A stretch of 63,999 nt of DNA, counting the filler, from Octopus bimaculoides (taxonomy: Eukaryota): the NCBI RefSeq assembly GCF_001194135.2. It is 5 parts of 5 records of this genome, joined end to end, with 100 filler letters (N's around TTAATTAATTAA, not from the genome) between each part and the next. Parts side by side here need not be neighbours in the genome. Positions count along the whole stretch, not along the records: positions 27,719 to 40,067 come from NC_068993.1; positions 40,168 to 59,031 come from NC_068995.1; 3 more parts are not named here. One strand, written 5' to 3'. The notes under the pieces were generated by a model. The model was not told the DNA's origin. It did no database searches and saw only the letters and a program-made list of their open reading frames with translations. Both the position numbers and the translations under genes were made by a program. Positions within the stretch are counted from its first letter, which is position 1; every line of letters begins with the position of its first letter. Shown piece by piece: positions 39,686 to 50,950 of this stretch.

Positions 39686-40054
39686 AATCTCAAGAGGTTA
39701 CCAGTAGTAACACGAAACAGCCACTTTGATGTGGCATCTGACTTTACTTTTATCACATCTTGTAATTTTAGAACGAGCTATTTTGCTTGTTGCAAATCAG
39801 TGACCGTTGGTCACTTTGTTTACAATATATTGTTAACGTTAGCAGGACTCTAGCATACATGTGCTAGTGACTGAGGACGAGAAAAATAGCTCGAAACTGA
39901 GGCTATCTTGTGATCCTGCTTCCTGCTAGAGGATGTTAGCTGTTATATTGTATATAAAAGGTGCAGAGCCAGACCTATAACCAGCTGGTGGAGAATCTCT
40001 CTGGGGTTAAACTAGTAGTAACACGAAAAAGCCACTTTGATGTGGCGACTGACT
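39686..40054 (+). repeat. About 311-bp unit with terminal direct repeats (pLTR/retrozyme-like) and a degenerate hammerhead core
   Basis: The 41-nt repeat AGTAGTAACACGAAA(C/A)AGCCACTTTGATGTGGC..CTGACT occurs at 39703-39743 and 40014-40054. CTGAGGA-C-GAG(8)CTC-GAAAC lies at 39871-39897. Confidence 0.5.
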
Positions 40055-40194
40055 ATATTTCATATATNNNNNNNNNNNNNNNNNNNNNNNNNNNNNNNNN
40101 NNNNNNNNNNNTTAATTAATTAANNNNNNNNNNNNNNNNNNNNNNNNNNNNNNNNNNNNNNNNNNNNTTTAATCTATATTAGAAACTATTATAA

Positions 40195-40340
40195 AAGGCT
40201 GTGAACTGGCAGAATCGCCAGCGCGTCGAACAAAATGCTCAGCGATATTTCTGCCACCTCTTTCTGTTCTGAGTGTAGAAGTCAACTTTACACCCTCCTA
40301 CCCCGGGGCATCGAAACGAATTACCAGTCAAGTACTGAGG

Positions 40341-40345
<5 letters not shown>
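40195..40345 (+). mobile_element. SINE family A, CpG-retaining
   Basis: GAACTGGCAGAATCG...GTTCTGAG...CATCGAAACGAATTACCAGTC. Confidence 0.7.
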
Positions 40346-40415
<70 letters not shown>

Positions 40416-40924
40416 GTACTTGCCCCTCCCCTCAAAATTGCTGGTCTTGTGTCAAAATTAGAAGATTACTTTTATTACTACACACTTATTTCCCAAGCGA
40501 TAGGCACACACGCAAAAACACTGGCTCGCATGTATAGATAACATTATTGCTATGCTATAACTATTGACTTAATTTCAAGTTAAATTATGCGTGAGTGTGT
40601 GTCGGATTGTAACCTGACTACAGTCACATATGTGTGTGTATGTGACATATTATACACGAAACTCTGGGATACAAAGAACCGGGATGCTTTCAAATTTTTA
40701 TATATACACATGCAAGCGTGTGTGTATATAGTGAGCGTGTATGCAATATGACTGACTTGATAGGATGGCACCAAAATCTACTACAGTGTGGCCATAAGAA
40801 CCTGGAGATTTCGTGATAGCATTGACCTTTCATCAGTCACGCTGAAGAATTGGAGGCAACTTCAACGATTTTGTTGCGATTCCCTGTCAACAGCTGATGA
40901 AAACACACACGTGTGTGCATAGGA

Positions 40925-41260
40925 GACCCCCTTCGGTCACGAATGACCATGGGATTGCACCTAGAAAGTTACCCTCCGAGGCACAGGTTCGGGCAAGGTT
41001 GTAAATGAAAGACCAGCAACTGTCCGTGCATACCAGCCTCCCCCTCTCCACTCCACCGATGTCGTCCAAGGAAAAGACAAAGGCCGATAGATACAGCTTG
41101 GCACCTTAGACGTCGCAATTCATTTATACAGCTGAGTAAACTGGAGCAACGTGAAATAAAGTGTCTTCCTCAAGAGCACAACACGCAGCCCAGTCCGGGA
41201 TTCGAACTCACAATCTCACGGGCGTAGGTTCGACGCTCTAACCACTGAGCCATGCACCTG
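40925..41260 (-). mobile_element. SINE family F, full-length
   Basis: Reverse complement has head GGCTCAGTGGTTAGAGCGTCGAAC...GAGTTCGAATCCCGG. Homologous to 18370-18690. Confidence 0.85.
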
Positions 41261-41372
41261 TATACATATACAGGTGATATATAACTCATTACTTCTACTG
41301 GTTTCAGTAGTCGATGTGGCCACGCTGGAGCACCACCTTTAGTATGATTGGTTTGTTGTACATATCAATATC

Positions 41373-41595
41373 TATTTCTTTACTGCCCACAAGGGGCTAC
41401 ACACAGAGGGGACAAACAAGGACAGACAAACGGATTAAGTCGATTATATCGACCCCAGTGCGTAACTGGTACTTAATTTATCGACCTGGAAAGGATGAAA
41501 GGCAAAGTCGACCTCGGCGGAATTTGAACTCAGAACGCAGTGGCAGACGAAATACCGCTAAGCATTTCGCCCGGTGTGCTAACATTTCTGCCATA
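41373..41595 (-). mobile_element. SINE family A variant (A-prime) with a Tx1-like 3' tail
   Basis: Family A head and core followed by TTTGTCTGTCCTTGTTTGTCCCCTCTGTGTGTAGCCCCTTGTGGGCAGTAAAGAAATA. Confidence 0.85.
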
Positions 41596-42017
41596 TCAAT
41601 ATCGACGTTTGTATTGTGTTTGAGGAACAAACTAATCTTATGAAGAATATACTATCTGATCGAGAAACCCCAGTATGTTACCGGTACTATATTTGCAGGT
41701 TTACTGCCCCTCATTCCTCCATTTCCTACACGATCACAATCACCGAGGTTGTATCCATCATTGAAGCTCTAAAATCTTGATCTATCACCGTCACTAACTA
41801 TTAAGACGTCTTTTACACTCATCATCATCAGTGACCCCCGTAACTAGCATCCTCACCGGTTCCAAAGCCTCCAACTTCGTTATTACCACCATCTCTAACA
41901 ATACAACAGCAACCACCAGCCAAAACAGACACCACATAAGTCGTATGATATACAAGAAAAGTACATATATTGAAAACACTCTTATGCACAATTTCCTTTT
42001 AATGAAATTGAAAGTTT

Positions 42018-42060
42018 CCCTGCGACTCGTGTTTCACGCCACTGCGATCTTCAGGCGAGA
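42018..42060 (-). ncRNA. Slightly degenerate type I hammerhead ribozyme motif
   Basis: UCUCGC-CUGAAGA-U-CGC(AGUG)GCG-U-GAAAC-ACGA-GUC-GCAGG: intact core and GUC triplet, a U-U mismatch at the base of stem II, and an imperfect stem I. Confidence 0.55.
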
Positions 42061-42689
42061 ACTCCAGTCACAAACTCAGTTTCATTATAAAAACAGAACC
42101 TTCTTACAACTTATATTGAGCACTCTTCTCGTCTGATATAAACCGAAGTACATGTATACACATGTCTATCAGCATTGTTTCCTGTCTCTGGATAGATTGT
42201 GTTTATGACATTCAATTGTACATTAAACTATATAATTATTCGAGGGGTTCATCAGCGAAAGAGCAAAGAGAACCATAAATCTGTGTTGTACATGGCAGTA
42301 AAGGATCTTGTGCGGAAACAGCAAAATCAAAAATGCAAATGCATTCCATTTTTTATGCAAAAATTCTTTAACTGTGATCCGAAGAATGAAATCAAAGTTA
42401 AAATTAACTTTCGGTAATGAGCTGTTAAACTACAGAACAGCGGTTAATAATATTGTTGTTATAACTATTTCTGTATTAGCTGTATTTATTTATCAACGTG
42501 TGCGTATGCATATATTTATGACTATAGCTAGCTACCTGCATACGTATGTATAACTACGTGCACAACTGTTTATAACAGGGTATATATTATATATATAAAT
42601 TATATATTGACGCGCGCGCACGTACACACACAGTTCTGCTACGATTCTTTTGGACTCAATAACATGACTTATTAAAGCAATACTTTTCG

Positions 42690-43090
42690 TTAGCGCGCCA
42701 AGCAAAAAGCTTAACGGTATTTCGTTTGTCTTGACGTTCCGAGTTCAAATTCCGCCGAGGTCGACTTTGCCTTTCATCCTTTCGGGGTCGATAAATTAAG
42801 TAGCAGTTGCGTATTGGAGTCGATCTAATCGAACTACTGCCACTCCCCAAAAATTTCGGGCCTTGTGCCTAGTGTAGAAAAGAAAAGATTTTTCGTTAGC
42901 ACGCCAGGCCAAAAGCTTAACGGTATTTCGTTCGTCTTTACGTTCTGAGTTCAAATTCCACCGAGGTCGACTTCACCTTTCATCCTTTCGGGGTCGATAA
43001 AATAAGTACCTCTAGAGCACTGGGGACGATGAAATCGTCTTATCTCCTCGCTTGAACTTGTTGGTAGTGAGCCAAAATTTGAAACCAATA
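42690..43090 (+). mobile_element. Two tandem SINE family A copies
   Basis: CGTTAGC(G/A)CGCCA...GAGTTCAAATTCC(G/A)CCGAGGTCGACTT..CCTTTCATCCTTTCGGGGTCGATAAA, present twice. Confidence 0.9.
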
Positions 43091-44921
43091 CTTCTCTTGT
43101 CAAATGAAATTATTATTATTCATAATCCGGGAAATACAAATTTAGCTTTCTGAAAAGAATTGGAAAGCTTGCATGACAGTTTTCAAATCCAACAAACGTG
43201 CCTTATAAGTTGGGTGAGGGCTTGGGCCCCTTGGTGTTCAAAGTGATCTAGGATCAGAGAGGTTCCTTGATTCACCCTAGCTGGAGATTTTCCTTTATCA
43301 GGAGGACTGCATCATACAGTTGTTCTGATATTTTCTTCCTACCATTCTTTTCGGCCCCACTCATTGTCCTTGAAATGTCCTCACCCCACTTCAGTGATGT
43401 CCGTGTGGTAAATAAAAGCATTATTATTATTATTATTATTATTAAGGCCGCGAACTGACAGAATCGTTTGCACGCCGGACAAAATGCTCAACAGCATTTC
43501 GTCCGCCTATGCATTTTGAATTCAAATTTCCGGAGGCCAAGTTCGATAAAATTTGAAATTATTTCTACTATCCTCGTTGTCATCATTTTGTAGAAACGAT
43601 TCATTTTTAGCCAAAAATCTTGACATAACTAAAGAGTTGTTCTTACACCTGATTTCATAAATTCCTAAAACTACAGAATCTTTACTGCAGAATGATTACA
43701 GAGTCAAAATTGTAGGGTACTTGATTGAACAATGAAGAATTTTAGCTATACGAGACAGTATCTCTGTGTTATGGGAGGAAATCCACTAAGGATGTACTAT
43801 CAAAATATCAAGTTGAAAATTCGATATAAATAATGTTGATATAATCAATACGATGATCAGAGAAGAAAAGATTGGCTAGACATAAGGGTTTTGTTTAACC
43901 AACCTTCCCATGTCATGTGGTACCCCTCAAAATAAATCCCACTCTCAGCTAAATGCATCAAGAAAATTGGGTCCTCGATTAATTCCCAGAAAAAAAAAAA
44001 AAAAAAGCTTCTGGTCGGATGTACCTTAATGAATACTTGGAGAAAATTGCTCTACATGCGTCTTCCGTAAACGTATGTGAATGATGCCAGTAGTAACAGA
44101 AATGGTAGCAACGCTTGGACCTGTGACCGTTACATCGTGTAAACTTTTAGATATGCTCTTGTCAGTATCGAATTAGGCGTACTCAAGTCCTATAATGTAA
44201 AAAGCTTAGCGGCACCCTCTTAAAAACATTGCACTAAAATGTAACAAAGAGGGAAAACGTTTGCCTTTTATCTGTTACGGGACTTGCATGGATAGCGTGG
44301 AACTAAGATATAGCTCGTTTTGATTATATCTAAATCTTGCGGTGTTTCTTGAATTCCATGAGCGGGAAACGGTGTTAGTTTCAAAACCGTTCGTTGAGAC
44401 AGAGATACAGAAATTCATGATTATGCATATATCCATAGAAGATCCTACACACTTAATCAGTAGCTTCCAGAACAATGTCACCAAGACACTATCATCCTAG
44501 ACAACATGACGCTGTGAAAATAATATACTATAGGAAGGGTTGACCTGGCATAAATATAGAACAATGATGACTGAGTACTTGTACAAACTCTAACCGAAGG
44601 AATTCTGGTGGAAATTTCCAATGGAAAACAACAGATACTAAACCAATAATATACGTGATAAAATAGCTTCGTGCGGATCAAAATTATAAATTTTAGAAGG
44701 CAACAACCCAACAGATATATCTAATTCTTACAATATCAGTGAGGAAAATAATTATAAAGATGGATAGCTGCACAGAAAGTAAGGGTGTCCCTTCTTAGAT
44801 CATGCAGTTTCGTTCGTTACCATCAATCTTCGGTATATGGAGGTTTCAGGACAATAAAACAGTCCTGCTAACATCTTTGCTTCAAAATCAGCCTAAGTGG
44901 AACAGTGAAGAAAGGAAAGAC

Positions 44922-45840
44922 GGAAGAGAAGAAAGAAGAGAGAAAAGAAAGAGAAGAGAGAAAAGAAAGAGAAGAGAGAAAAGAAAGAGAAGAGAGAAAA
45001 AGAAAGAGAAGAGAGAAAAAGAAAGAAAGAAAGAGAAAAAGAAAGAGAGAAAGAGAAAAAGAGAGAGAGAAAGAGAAAAAGAGAGAGAGAAAGAGAAAAA
45101 GAGAGAGAGAAAGAAAAAGAAAGAGAGAGAGAAAGAAAAAGAAAGAGAGAGAGAAAGAAAAAGAAAGAGAGAGAGAAAGAAAAAGAAAGAGAGAGAGAGA
45201 GAGAAAGAAAGAGAGAGAGAGAGAAAAAGAAAGAGAGAGAAAAAGAAAGAGAAAAAGGGAGAGAGAAAAAGGGAGAGAGAAAAAGGGAGAGAGAAAAAGG
45301 GAGAGAGAAAAAGGGAGAGAGAAAAAGGGAGAGAGAAAAGAAAGGGAGAGAGAAAAGAAAGGGAGAGAGAAAAGAAAGGGAGAGAGAAAAGAAAGGGAGA
45401 GAGAAAAGAAAGGGAGAGAGAAAAGAAAGGGAGAGAGAAAAGAAAGGGAGAGAGAAAAGAAAGGAAGAGAGAAAAGAAAGGAAGAAAGAAAGAGGAAGAA
45501 AGGAAGAAAGAAAGAGGAAGAAAGGAAGAAAGAAAGAGGAAGAAAGAGAGGAAGAAAGGAAGAAAGAAAGAGGAAGAAAGGAAGAAAGAAAGAGGAAGAA
45601 AGGAAGAGAGAAAAGAAAGGGAGAGAGAAAAGAAAGGGAGAAAGAAAGAGAAAGGAAGAAAGAGTAAGAAAGTAAGAAAGAAAGAGTAAGAGAGGAAGGA
45701 AGAAAGAGTAAGAGAGGAAGAAAGAAAGAGTAAGAGAGGAAGAAAGAAAGAGTAAGAGAGGAAGAAAGAAAGAGTAAGAGAGGAAGAAAGAAAGAGTAAG
45801 AGAGGAAGAAAGAAAAAAGAGAAAGGAAGGAAGAAAGAGA
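44922..45840. repeat. Polypurine (GA-rich) compound minisatellite
   Basis: No pyrimidine on the + strand from 44922 to 45664. The long K/R/E and F/L/S ORFs here are artefacts. Confidence 0.95.
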
Positions 45841-46499
45841 TTGTGAAAGTGTTTTTCGTCCAACTCGGTGCTCCAGCATGACTGCAGTACAATGACTGAC
45901 AGCAGTGAATGGGTTTTGGTTGGGATCGATCGCTGAAGACTTGAGTCTATTTAACCCGCTATAATCAAGGTTTGGTGATAATTGGTCATCATGGAATCTT
46001 CAGTTGAAATATAAAGCAATTCCTGTGTGTAATTATGAATAGATGTGCGTATGTGTTCGTTTCTTGGTGTCTGTGTACATGAATGAAACCGTGCACACAT
46101 GTGTGCGTGTATATACACGACTGTATGAGCTTGTCAGAGAGAAGAGAGAGAGAGAGAGGGAGAGGGAGAAAGAGAGAGCGAGATAGAGAGAGAGGGGGGA
46201 AGAGACAGTGTGTGTGTGTGTGTTCATCTGTATACGTAGTTCGAAGGCGCACAAACTTATATTTGACAAGATCTACTTGTAAACATTGAGACTCGACAAC
46301 TGTGTCTGTGTGTTCGTCCATCGGTTCTCACACACATCAGTAAGAATTGCACACACACGCAAAGTTTACGTACAACAGGTTCATATAAAGATATGCGGGT
46401 GTGCATTGTGTGTGTGCGCGTACGAATATATATATATATATATACTTTCCGCAACTGCCGTTCTTGTCTGTGTGTGCATCTGCTTTTAATTATATTATC

Positions 46500-47640
46500 T
46501 ATCGACCAATCAGTCTATCAAATTAGTCAGTCAGTCAGTATCAGTCTATCAATCAGTCAGTCAGTTTATCAACCAGTCTATCAATCAGTCAGTCAGTCTA
46601 TCAATTAATCAGTCAATCAACCAGTCAGCCAGTCTATCAATCAATCAGTCAGTCTATCTATCAATCAATCAATCAATCAGTCTATCAATCAGTCTATCAG
46701 TCTATCTATCAATCAATCAGTCTATCAATCAATCAGTCTATCAGTCTATCAATCAGTCTATCAGTCTATCAATCAGTCTATCAGTCTATCAATCAGTCTA
46801 TCAGTCTATCAATCAGTCTATCAGTCTATCAATCAGTCTATCAGTCTATCAATCAGTCTATCAGNNNNNNNNNNNNNNNNNNNNNNNNNNNNNNNNNNNN
46901 NNNNNNNNNNNNNNNNNNNNNNNNNNNNNNNNNNNNNNNNNNNNNNNNNNNNNNNNNNNNNNNNNNNNNNNNNNNNNNNNNNNNNNNNNNNNNNNNNNNN
47001 NNNNNNNNNNNNNNNNNNNNNNNNNNNNNNNNNNNNNNNNNNNNNNNNNNNNNNNNNNNNNNNNNNNNNNNNNNNNNNNNNNNNNNNNNNNNNNNCAGTC
47101 TATCAGTCTATCAATCAATCAGTCTATCAATCAATCAGTCTATCAGTCTATCAATCAATCAGTGTATCAATCAATCAGTCTATCAGTCTATCAATCAATC
47201 AGTCTATCAGTCTATCAATCAATCAGTCTATCAGTCTATCAATCAATCAGTCTATCAGTCTATCAATCAATCAGTCTATCAATCAATCAGTCTATCAGTC
47301 TATCAGTCTATCAGTCAATCAGTCTATCAGTCAATCAGTCTATCAGTCAATCAGTCTATCAGTCTATCAGTCAATCAGTCAATCAGTCTATCAGTCAATC
47401 AATCAATCAGTCTATCAGTCAATCAGTCTATCAGTCAATCAGTCTATCAGTCAATCAATCAATCAGTCTATCAGTCTATCAGTCTATCAGTCTATCAGTC
47501 TATCAATCAATCAGTCTATCAGTCTATCAGTCTATCAATCAATCAGTCTATCAGTCAATCAGTCTATCAATCAATCAGTCTATCAATCAATCAGTCTATC
47601 AGTCTATCAATCAATCAGTCTATCCATCAATCAACCAATC
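46500..47640. repeat. Compound (ATCA/GTCT/GTCA)n tetranucleotide array spanning an N gap
   Basis: Repeating TCAGTCTA / TCAATCAA units. Confidence 0.95.
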
Positions 47641-47659
47641 TACCTACCTACACATTCTT

Positions 47660-47820
47660 TTATTCTTACTTGTTTCAGTCATTTGACTGTGGCCATGCTG
47701 GAGCAACCACCTTTAGTCGAGCAAATCGACCCCAGGACTTATTCTTTGTAAGCCTAGTACTTATTCTATCGGTCTCTTTTACCGAACCGCTAAGTTACGG
47801 GGACGTAAACACACCAGCAT
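47660..47820 (-). mobile_element. SINE family D
   Basis: Reverse complement: ...CCGATAGAATAAGTACTAGGC...GGGGTCGATTTGCTCGACTAAAGG...CCAGCATGGCCACAGTCAAATGACTGAAAC. Confidence 0.75.
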
Positions 47821-48226
47821 ACAGAAAAAAAAATACAGGGACAACTGCGTTGTGGGCCATACAAAAAAAAAGCAATGCATTAAAGCCTTCGCAAGTCACA
47901 ACACAATTTAACACCGGGTCCCAAGACCCGTTCGTCCTCAGATGATCAGGTCTTAAGAGGGTCCTCTTTCTTGGCAAAGCGCGCGCACGAACACACAAGC
48001 GCGCGCGAATGCGTGAATATTACGTGCGCCCATGTTTTTTTTTAAGATTCAGATCAACCTATGATCAAAGACCTTCCATTCGTGACCTTCCCATATTTGT
48101 TTACTAATATTTTGCATCAAAGTTTATTATCTTATGTGTTGTTGTTTTGAAAAATAAGGTGTGATATCAGCGACATCTGAATGAGTGTTTCGTGCATGTA
48201 TGTTCGCGTGCGCGCTCGCGCGCGTG

Positions 48227-48262
<36 letters not shown>

Positions 48263-48974
48263 TGTTTAACCTCGTCGGAAGTCTACTTACAATAACCTCA
48301 CCCTACCAACTCTACATATTTACATACACACGTATTTATACATACACATATACAAGCACAGTATATGTACACACACACACACACACACGATACGTATACA
48401 TACATACATGCATGCATACATACACCCACTACACACACGAATTCTAAGAGGAAATAAGTGCAAACACTGCTCCTGAACTGAATGAACTTTTGCGCATCTC
48501 CCGCCAAATCCTGCAATGCTAGCCTTCTCAAACAAACTCCTGAAAATCCCTTAGCTGAGCTATTATGTTGAGGGGCGAACCTACGCTGCAGAAAATCAGG
48601 ATAGAAAGAAAACAAATAGCATCAATACCTAAAGATGGAAGTATTTGACAGACAGGTCGCTTGCGTAATTGAGATTGTAATGCTCTGCTCTATGGGCTCT
48701 GTCATAGAATTTTATGCTTTTCCTTATGGACGGAAGATCTCAAATGAAAGAACATTAACATTTGAACAAAATAAAGCGGTTATGTGATTGGGATTTGGCT
48801 GTTAATTGCAGATGCATCTTTCAACAAACTTGTCGACATGTAGTGGAAGATACTACCATGTGAAAATCGGTAGAAACCTCGACTTTCAGAGAATCACTTA
48901 AGAAGATTGAACACCTGCTCAATCTCCCGGTGTCAAAGATCAGTAGTCGCTTTCAAATGAATATATATATATAT

Positions 48975-49013
<39 letters not shown>

Positions 49014-49298
49014 TATTACTCCCCATCCTCAATACCTTGCTTTAAAAAATAACACCTCCGAAACAGATGTAAGCGAATGAAAAGTGATTACGTAACACCC
49101 GTTCGCTTGTCATTGGCGAACATTACGTTCTGAACTGATAATTTGATTTATGAGTTCGGAACTTAATATTAGGACTACTGAATTCTAACAACTGGTTATT
49201 GCTATAGCTAGGGTAAATCATTTTTTACTTCTACACAAGCCTTGTCTCTATGCCGTCTCATCGCCATAAGGTAGGTGTGTGTGCACACACACACTGCC

Positions 49299-49503
49299 TG
49301 TGTCATTTACGTTCGGTCGCCAATTGTCGACAGCTCTTCTGCTGTTGACACCATCAAATTGAAAAATCTTATATAGATAAAGACACGAAATAGTCACGAT
49401 TTTTGGACAGTAACTTATGTACGAGGGATATGTCCATGCCCGATCATTTGTCGTCTTTGGCGCAATCTCTCCCTCTCTCCCTCTCTCCCTCTCTCCCTCT
49501 CTC

Positions 49504-49541
<38 letters not shown>

Positions 49542-49681
49542 ATTTACGTTCGGTCGCTAATTGTCGGCAGCTCTTCTGCTGTTGACGCCATCAAATTGAA
49601 AAATCTTATATAGATAAAGACACGAAATAGTCACGATTTTTGGACAGTAGCTTATGTACGAGGGATATGTCCATGTCCGAT
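49299..49681. repeat. Direct duplication of about 145 bp of unique sequence (period 237)
   Basis: TGTCATTTACGTTCGGTCGC...GGGATATGTCCATG.CCGAT occurs at about 49301 and 49538 with few substitutions. Confidence 0.9.
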
Positions 49682-50494
49682 TTTTCTGCACGGTCATTTG
49701 TCGTCGCCCTTGGCAATTTCTAACTCACACACTCACACACGGTTTTTAACTTGGCAATGATTTTGAAGCTTCATTGCCTTCGAGTTGTCAAACCTATATA
49801 GAATTCTAGGGTTTATATTAGTTTAACTTGGATAAGAAACCTGTTTGGATGTATAAATCCATCAGGCGAGAGAAGTGTTTGAAAGTAATATATAAAGTGA
49901 GTATGATTCAGTAATGAAAGAATATGTTTGCAGTATTGGGCAAGATTTAAATTGAAAGAAAAAAAAAACCCCAAAAAGCAACGAACACCGCAGAAAGCGA
50001 GAATAGGTAAAAGCTTGAAGAAATTAGGGGGAAAGATATACAAGGAGCAGGGTAGACTGAAGGCAGCAGAAAATGGGGTGTCGCCCTAGGTCTTTGGTAC
50101 TTTAGGACCCCAGGTTACTTGTTCGGGATATTCCAATTATACAAATGGATAAAATGAAAATAAATATTTTATTACTACATTTAGTAAGTTGAAATATACG
50201 CCTCAACATTTGCAGTTTTTATGAGCCAAAGAAAAACATTTGCAACCAGATAGTTTGGGGTTTAGTTCTACTGCATGGTGTCTTGAGCAGATGTCTGGTA
50301 AGTGAATTTGATAGCACATCGAATATAGAAGGCGTGCTCGGGCGCACGTAATCTCACCACTTAACAGGTGCTGGTTTGTTTAAACCGTAGTCCGTAAGTC
50401 GGTGGTTCGGGAACTGAGAGCAGACTACAGAAAAAGTCAGTAAGGCGATGTTGCAGCATATGTGCAGACCAAGAATTGACACCATTAAAAGAAT

Positions 50495-50919
50495 CCCTTA
50501 GCGGTATTTAAACTCCGAACGTAAAGTGTCGAAAGAAAGGTCGCTAAGTATTTTGTCCGACACGCTAACTATTCTGCCAGTCCGCTAACTTAAAATATAT
50601 TTTCAAATTTTGGAACAAGGCCAGCAAGTTCAGGGGAGTTAGGCAAGTTTAGGAAGTGACTGTTAAATTTTTCCTTGTAAAAACGAAAATGTTAGTATTC
50701 TGAAAGGAATTAAGTGTCCTTTCAATTTTATGCCTTGCTTCTGTGTGAATACAAACACGCCCACAGACATTGTATATAAAAGAAAGAAGTTTGCAGCCAG
50801 AGTCGCCCTAACACACGAACACATTGGGAAGTTGTCTCAGGATCTGATGGATCTAGAGGCTCAATTCTGATCAATGTATGCTGTAGCTTGCTGTCAATAC
50901 TCTAGGGCCTTGTGCATTG

Positions 50920-50950
<31 letters not shown>

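Noticed and set aside
40821-40870. Overlapping CTGAAGA (+) and CTGATGA (-) hammerhead-like cores
   Set aside because: The plus motif has a stem II with a GCAA loop but GATT instead of GAAA. The minus motif lacks stem II. Too degenerate to call.
44802-45892. 295-334 aa K/R/E-rich and F/L/S-rich ORFs
   Set aside because: Translations of a homopurine repeat on either strand.
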